DNA of 64,000 bases from Butyrivibrio sp. (lineage in GTDB: Bacteria; Bacillota; Clostridia; Lachnospirales; Lachnospiraceae), in NCBI GenBank assembly GCA_015056625.1, contig SVFY01000007.1, positions 30,248 through 94,247 of the forward strand. Reading direction: 5' to 3'. The translations under genes and the position numbers were made by a program. The notes below the pieces were generated by a model. It ran no database searches. It had not been told where the DNA came from and worked only from the letters and a program-made list of their open reading frames with translations. Every line of letters starts with the position of its first letter. Positions within the stretch are counted from its first letter, which is position 1. Below, in pieces: positions 58,920-64,000 of this stretch.

Positions 58920-60140
58920 ATGCAGATTTTTGAGGAACTAAAGGCAAGGGGACTTATCGCTCAGGTGACAAATGAAGAGGAGATAAGAGACCTGGTAAAC
59001 AACGGAAAGGCTACTTTCTACATTGGATTTGACTGTACTGCAGATTCACTTACTGCTGGTCACTTCATGGCACTTACACTTATGAAGAGACTGCAGGAAG
59101 CTGGCAACAAGCCAATCGCCCTTATTGGAGGCGGTACAACCATGATCGGTGATCCTTCAGGAAGATCCGACATGAGAAAGATGCTCACAAGAGAAGACAT
59201 CGATCACAACGCAGAGTGCTTTAAAAAACAGATGGAGAAATTCATCGACTTTGGCGAAGGCAAGGCCATGATGGTAAATAACGCAGATTGGCTCATGAAC
59301 CTCAACTACATTGAACTACTTCGTGAGGTTGGTGCGTGCTTCTCAGTAAATAACATGCTTCGTGCTGAGTGCTACAAGCAGCGCATGGAAAAGGGACTTT
59401 CATTCCTTGAGTTCAACTACATGATCATGCAGTCCTACGACTTCTACTACATGTTCCAGAAGTACAACTGCAATCTGGAGTTTGGTGGAGATGATCAGTG
59501 GTCCAACATGCTTGGTGGTACAGAGCTTATCAGAAGAAAGCTTGGAAAAGATGCACATGCCATGACTATTACACTTCTTACTGACTCTAACGGCAACAAG
59601 ATGGGTAAGACAGCAGGAAATGCAGTATGGCTTGATCCAAACAAGACTTCACCATTTGATTTCTACCAGTACTGGAGAAATGTAGGCGATGCAGATGTAG
59701 ATAAGTGCATCAAGATGCTCACATTTATCCCTATCGAAGAGATCCAGGAGATGGAGAAGTGGGATGATTCCCGTATCAACGAAAAGAAAGAGATCCTCGC
59801 TTTCGAACTTACAAGCCTTGTGCATGGAAAAGAAGAGGCTCAGAAGGCACAGGACGGTGCAAGAGCTCTTTTCGCTGGTGGCGGTAACATGGACAATGTT
59901 CCAACTGTTTCACTTAAAGAGGAAGACTTTAGAGATAGCGTTGTTGATATTCTTCAGGTACTAGTATCTGCTGGACTTTGCGCTACAAGAAGCGAGGCCA
60001 GAAGAGCAGTTGAGCAGGGCGGCGTAACCTTTGCCGATGAGAAGGTTACAGACGTTAAGGCTACATATACCAAAGATACATTTAAAGATGGTGTTATGGT
60101 CAAGAAGGGCAAGAAGTCATTTAAGAAAGTTACAGCCTGA
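58920..60140 (+). CDS. tyrS: Tyrosine--tRNA ligase
   Basis: YIGFDCTADSLTAGH, IGDPSG, QSYDF, GGDDQW.N, KMGKT, S4-like C-terminus. Confidence 0.98.
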   Translation: MQIFEELKARGLIAQVTNEEEIRDLVNNGKATFYIGFDCTADSLTAGHFMALTLMKRLQEAGNKPIALIGGGTTMIGDPSGRSDMRKMLTREDIDHNAECFKKQMEKFIDFGEGKAMMVNNADWLMNLNYIELLREVGACFSVNNMLRAECYKQRMEKGLSFLEFNYMIMQSYDFYYMFQKYNCNLEFGGDDQWSNMLGGTELIRRKLGKDAHAMTITLLTDSNGNKMGKTAGNAVWLDPNKTSPFDFYQYWRNVGDADVDKCIKMLTFIPIEEIQEMEKWDDSRINEKKEILAFELTSLVHGKEEAQKAQDGARALFAGGGNMDNVPTVSLKEEDFRDSVVDILQVLVSAGLCATRSEARRAVEQGGVTFADEKVTDVKATYTKDTFKDGVMVKKGKKSFKKVTA

Positions 60141-60156
60141 TACACTAAATAAAATG

Positions 60157-60184
60157 AGCCCGGAGCTAATGCTCCGGGCTTTTT
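60157..60184. terminator. Terminator between convergent tyrS and tal
   Basis: AGCCCGGAGC-TAAT-GCTCCGGGCT plus T-run. Confidence 0.85.
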
Positions 60185-60195
60185 CTATGGTTTAA

Positions 60196-60849
60196 TCATT
60201 CCCCAAATACTGCAAGATAATCCTTCTGGAATTTCTCGATGCCTGCATCTGTAAGAGGGTGATGAGTCATCTGCTCGATTACCTTGTAAGGAACTGTTGC
60301 GATGTCAGCACCTGCAAGAGCACAGTCAGTAACATGCATAGGGTTACGGATACTTGCAGCGATGATCTCTGTCTGGATGTTGTGAATGTTGAAAATCTCA
60401 GCAACTTCTGAGATAAGATCTGTTCCACGAACGCTGATATCATCAAGTCTTCCAAGGAAAGGACTTACGAATGCTGCGCCTGCTCTTGCACAAAGAAGAG
60501 CCTGATTAGCTGTGAAGATAAGTGTCATGTTAACCTTGATGCCTTCGCTTGAAAGAACCTTGCAGGCCTTAAGACCTTCAATTGTCATAGGGATCTTAAC
60601 TACCATGTTCTTGTGAAGCTTCGCAATCTCTCTACCTTCAGCTATCATTCCCTCAGCATCTGTTGTGGTTGCCTTAACCTCACCGCTGATAGGACCATCT
60701 ACGATAGAAGCAATCTCTTTTACTACTTCATAAACATCTCTGCCTTCCTTAGCGATAAGAGAAGGGTTGGTAGTAACACCGCAGATAACGCCCATATCAT
60801 TGGCTTTTCTGATCTCTTCAATATTGGCTGTGTCTACAAATAACTTCAT
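60196..60849 (-). CDS. tal: Transaldolase (short TalC/FSA family)
   Basis: [19 protein letters not shown] (Schiff-base Lys), [18 protein letters not shown]. Confidence 0.92.
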   Translation of the reverse strand: MKLFVDTANIEEIRKANDMGVICGVTTNPSLIAKEGRDVYEVVKEIASIVDGPISGEVKATTTDAEGMIAEGREIAKLHKNMVVKIPMTIEGLKACKVLSSEGIKVNMTLIFTANQALLCARAGAAFVSPFLGRLDDISVRGTDLISEVAEIFNIHNIQTEIIAASIRNPMHVTDCALAGADIATVPYKVIEQMTHHPLTDAGIEKFQKDYLAVFGE

Positions 60850-61060
60850 TTTTACTCGCTCCTTTTATAAGTGATGAAATTTGTTCCGTATCTATAATAA
60901 CATTATTATTTCAAATGACTAGACCCAAAAAGTGCGCAGAACTAACTAATTTTAGTAAAAATTTCTTATTTGATAATTGAATTGTTTGCAATATATTTTT
61001 ATTTGTATTAAGATACTTGAGGAAGTTAATTAATGCTAACAAAGGAAGAATTGAAATATC

Positions 61061-63691
61061 ATGGATAAATATGTAGTTACAGGAATGAGCTGCGCTGCTT
61101 GTCAGGCAAGAGTTGAAAAAGCGGTTTCCGGACTTGATGGAGTAAGCTCATGCAGCGTAAATCTTCTTACAAATTCAATGAGCGTTGAAGGCAGTGCCAG
61201 TAAAGCAGATATTATCAAAGCTGTTGAAAATGCTGGTTATGGTGCAAGCCTTATAGGCGAAAAAAATAAAGAAAGCTCTTCGTCCTATGATTTTTCAGAG
61301 GAAGAGGAAGCTTTAAAGGATAAGGAAACACCTATTCTAAAAAAGAGACTCATATATTCAATAGGATTTCTTTTAGTTTTAATGTATTTCTCCATGGGAC
61401 ACATGATGTTTGGATTTCCGCTGCCACCTTTTCTTGAAGGGAATCACGTAGCCCATGGTATCATCCAGATGGTTCTTGCCATCATCATCATGTTCATAAA
61501 CAGAAAGTTTTTTATAAGTGGCTTTAAAGGGCTTGTTCATGGCGCCCCTAATATGGATACTTTAGTTGCTTTAGGAAGTGGGGCATCATTTGTCTATAGC
61601 ATGGCGGCTCTTTTCCTTATGACCGATGCAGTAACAAAGGGGGATTCTTCCCTTGCCATGAGCTATATGGACCATTTCTATTTCGAATCTGCAGCAATGA
61701 TCCTTACTCTCATTACAGTTGGCAAGATGCTTGAAGCTATGAGTAAGGGCAGGACCACGGATGCCATAAAGAGTCTTATGAAACTGGCTCCTAAAACAGC
61801 AGTGATAATTGATGAGTATGGAAAAGAAAAAGAGATTCCAATAGAGAATATTAAGGTAGGCGATATCTTTGTAGTTAGACCTGGAGAAAATGTTCCTGTT
61901 GACGGAGTTGTAATTGAAGGAAACAGCGCCATAAATGAATCAGCTCTTACTGGTGAGAGTATTCCTGTTGATAAAACAATAGGCTCCACAGTTTCGGGCG
62001 CTACCATAAATACTTCCGGATTTATCAAGTGCCGGGCAACAAGAGTTGGAAGAGATACAACACTTTCCCAGATCATCCAGATGGTAAGTGATGCTTCTGC
62101 TACGAAAGCTCCCATAGCAAAGATAGCAGATAAGGTTTCCGGGATTTTTGTTCCTGCAGTTATTGCTATTGCAGCTGTGACATTTATCATTTGGTTCCTT
62201 ATTACAAAAGAATTTGGCTACTCCCTTTCCAGAGCAATCGCAGTTCTTGTTATCAGCTGTCCTTGTGCTTTAGGACTTGCAACACCTGTAGCCATCATGG
62301 TAGGCAATGGTGTTGGTGCTAAAAACGGAATAATGTTCAAGACCGCAACTTCTCTTGAAAATGCAGGAAGGACCCAGATCGTTGCTCTTGATAAAACAGG
62401 CACAATAACCAAGGGAGAGCCTGTTGTAACAGATGTATTTACTGCAGATTCAGTTACAAAATCCGGTTATTCCCTTATCAACAGTTCGGAGAATGAGCTT
62501 CTAAAGATTGCAGGGCTTTTGGAGAAAAAGAGTGAGCATCCACTTGCCAAGGCTGTAGTTGATTACGTTGGTGATCTTAGGATCTATTATGACGATGATC
62601 CAGACGAAGACGTAGATGACCAGGATGATATAACTGATTTTGAGGTGCTTCCGGGACATGGACTTAGAGGTAAGTATTTAGGTCAGGAAGTTGTTGGAGC
62701 AAGTCTTAAATATATCAGCGAAATCTGTAAGGTACAGCCTGAAGTCAGAGAAAAAGCTGTTGGCCTTGCAACCCAGGGAAAAACTCCTCTATGTTTTGCT
62801 AAAAATGGCAAGCTTATTGGTATAATTGCTGTAGCTGATACCATAAAAGAGGATTCTGCAAAGGCTATAAAAGAACTAAAGGACATGGGAATCCATGTGG
62901 TCATGATAACTGGCGACAACGCAAGAACTGCCATGGCCATAGGTGATCAGGCTGGAGTTGATGAGATAGCTGCTGAAGTTCTTCCAGATGGTAAGGAAGA
63001 GATAATCAGAAAGCTCGCTGAACATGGCAAAGTTGCTATGGTTGGTGATGGCATCAACGATGCTCCAGCTCTTACAAGAGCTGATACAGGAATCGCTATT
63101 GGCGCTGGAACTGACGTAGCTATTGATGCAGCGGATGTGGTTCTTTTAAAGAACTCACTTCTTGATGTTTCTGCTGCAATAAGGCTTTCAAGGGCTACCC
63201 TTCGAAACATCCACCAGAATCTCTTCTGGGCATTTATCTACAATATTATAGGTATTCCACTGGCTGCAGGCGCCTATATTAAGCTCTTTGGATGGGAACT
63301 AAGTCCTATGTTTGGAGCTGCAGCTATGAGTTTGTCCAGCTTTTTTGTTGTGACCAACGCCCTTAGACTTAACCTTTTGAAGATTCATGACAGTTCTAAG
63401 GACAAGGCTGTTAAGGAGCAGATAACTGGTGAACTTATTAAAAACAATAAAAACACAGATGAAAGGATGAAAACTGAAATGACTACAAAGACAATGATGA
63501 TCGAAGGAATGATGTGTGGACACTGCGAGATGACCGTAAAGAATGCACTTTGTGCAATTGAAGGTGTAGAAAACGCTGAGGTAAGTCATGAAAAAGGAAA
63601 CGCTGTAGTAACCTTAAATGGTGAAGTTTCTGATGATATCCTTAAAAAGGCAGTAGAGGATAAAGATTATAAAGTTACTTCAATTAATTGA
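61061..63691 (+). CDS. copA: Cu(I)-translocating P1B-type ATPase with N- and C-terminal HMA domains
   Basis: GMSCAAC, TGES, CPC, DKTGT, SEHP, GDGINDAP, YN and MSLSS Cu+ ligands, C-terminal GMMCGHC. Confidence 0.93.
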   Translation: MDKYVVTGMSCAACQARVEKAVSGLDGVSSCSVNLLTNSMSVEGSASKADIIKAVENAGYGASLIGEKNKESSSSYDFSEEEEALKDKETPILKKRLIYSIGFLLVLMYFSMGHMMFGFPLPPFLEGNHVAHGIIQMVLAIIIMFINRKFFISGFKGLVHGAPNMDTLVALGSGASFVYSMAALFLMTDAVTKGDSSLAMSYMDHFYFESAAMILTLITVGKMLEAMSKGRTTDAIKSLMKLAPKTAVIIDEYGKEKEIPIENIKVGDIFVVRPGENVPVDGVVIEGNSAINESALTGESIPVDKTIGSTVSGATINTSGFIKCRATRVGRDTTLSQIIQMVSDASATKAPIAKIADKVSGIFVPAVIAIAAVTFIIWFLITKEFGYSLSRAIAVLVISCPCALGLATPVAIMVGNGVGAKNGIMFKTATSLENAGRTQIVALDKTGTITKGEPVVTDVFTADSVTKSGYSLINSSENELLKIAGLLEKKSEHPLAKAVVDYVGDLRIYYDDDPDEDVDDQDDITDFEVLPGHGLRGKYLGQEVVGASLKYISEICKVQPEVREKAVGLATQGKTPLCFAKNGKLIGIIAVADTIKEDSAKAIKELKDMGIHVVMITGDNARTAMAIGDQAGVDEIAAEVLPDGKEEIIRKLAEHGKVAMVGDGINDAPALTRADTGIAIGAGTDVAIDAADVVLLKNSLLDVSAAIRLSRATLRNIHQNLFWAFIYNIIGIPLAAGAYIKLFGWELSPMFGAAAMSLSSFFVVTNALRLNLLKIHDSSKDKAVKEQITGELIKNNKNTDERMKTEMTTKTMMIEGMMCGHCEMTVKNALCAIEGVENAEVSHEKGNAVVTLNGEVSDDILKKAVEDKDYKVTSIN

Positions 63692-63740
63692 TTTTTGTGG
63701 TATCATGTATAGATGGCTAAAAAAAGGAAGGGCTTAAGGC

Positions 63741-64000
63741 ATGGAAAAGAGAATTAAGATAAAGTATTTTAATGATAAGCTTGAAAAGCTCCAGTACATT
63801 GATGGCAAGTCAGACTGGATTGATCTTAGAAGTGCTGAAGATGTGGATCTTAAACAGGGAGAGTTTCATCTTATTCCCCTTGGCGTTGCAATGGAGATCC
63901 CTGAGGGCTATGAAGCACATGTAGTTCCCAGAAGCTCAACCTTTAAAAACTACGGTGTGATCCAGGCTAATCATATGGGCGTTATCGATCATTCCTATTG
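63741..64000 (+). CDS. dut: dUTPase, N-terminal part (runs off the window; not in the ORF track)
   Basis: Translates [10 protein letters not shown]...DWIDLRSA...PRSSTFK...GVIDHSY, carrying trimeric dUTPase motifs. Confidence 0.88.
   Translation, partial: MEKRIKIKYFNDKLEKLQYIDGKSDWIDLRSAEDVDLKQGEFHLIPLGVAMEIPEGYEAHVVPRSSTFKNYGVIQANHMGVIDHSY

Overview
A mostly core-chromosome segment of a low-GC Firmicute. Gene content, sigmaA promoters and a T-box point to Lachnospiraceae, probably Butyrivibrio-like (inference). Almost all genes lie on the + strand. In order: the end of the F0F1 ATP synthase operon (atpA'GDC); metH; scattered branched-chain amino acid genes (ilvB, two ilvN, ilvC, leuCD, ilvE, ilvA); cell-envelope glycosylation genes (YfhO-like, GtrB/CsbB-like); the rpmF-plsX-acpP-rnc-smc-ftsY...ylxM-ffh-rpsP-khpA-trmD-rimM...rplS-lepB-rbgA-lepB-rnhB-FliK-like-FlhB-CC-like-yraN cluster, interrupted by two insertions (one a nucleoside salvage/ABC cassette); pgeF; a two-component system; prs; DUF512-der-plsY-gpsA; a THF-riboswitch folT; a Tyr T-box tyrS; transaldolase; a Cu P1B-ATPase; and the start of dut. 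I saw no mobile elements, CRISPR arrays, tRNA/rRNA genes or defence systems, and I found no convincing wholly new multi-gene system. The best leads are regulatory or mechanistic. (1) A shared 20-bp HisR/YerC-like palindrome lies at ilvN2-ilvC and ilvE. (2) A perfect inverted TTGACA repeat covers the ylxM-ffh -35. (3) The AHAS has His in place of the substrate-selecting Trp and sits next to two regulatory subunits. (4) A FliK-like plus FlhB-CC-like pair lies outside any flagellar cluster. (5) A YfhO/CsbB-type glycosylation pair is split by leuCD. (6) trmD and rimM are in swapped order. All product calls come from motif recognition by eye, not database searches.
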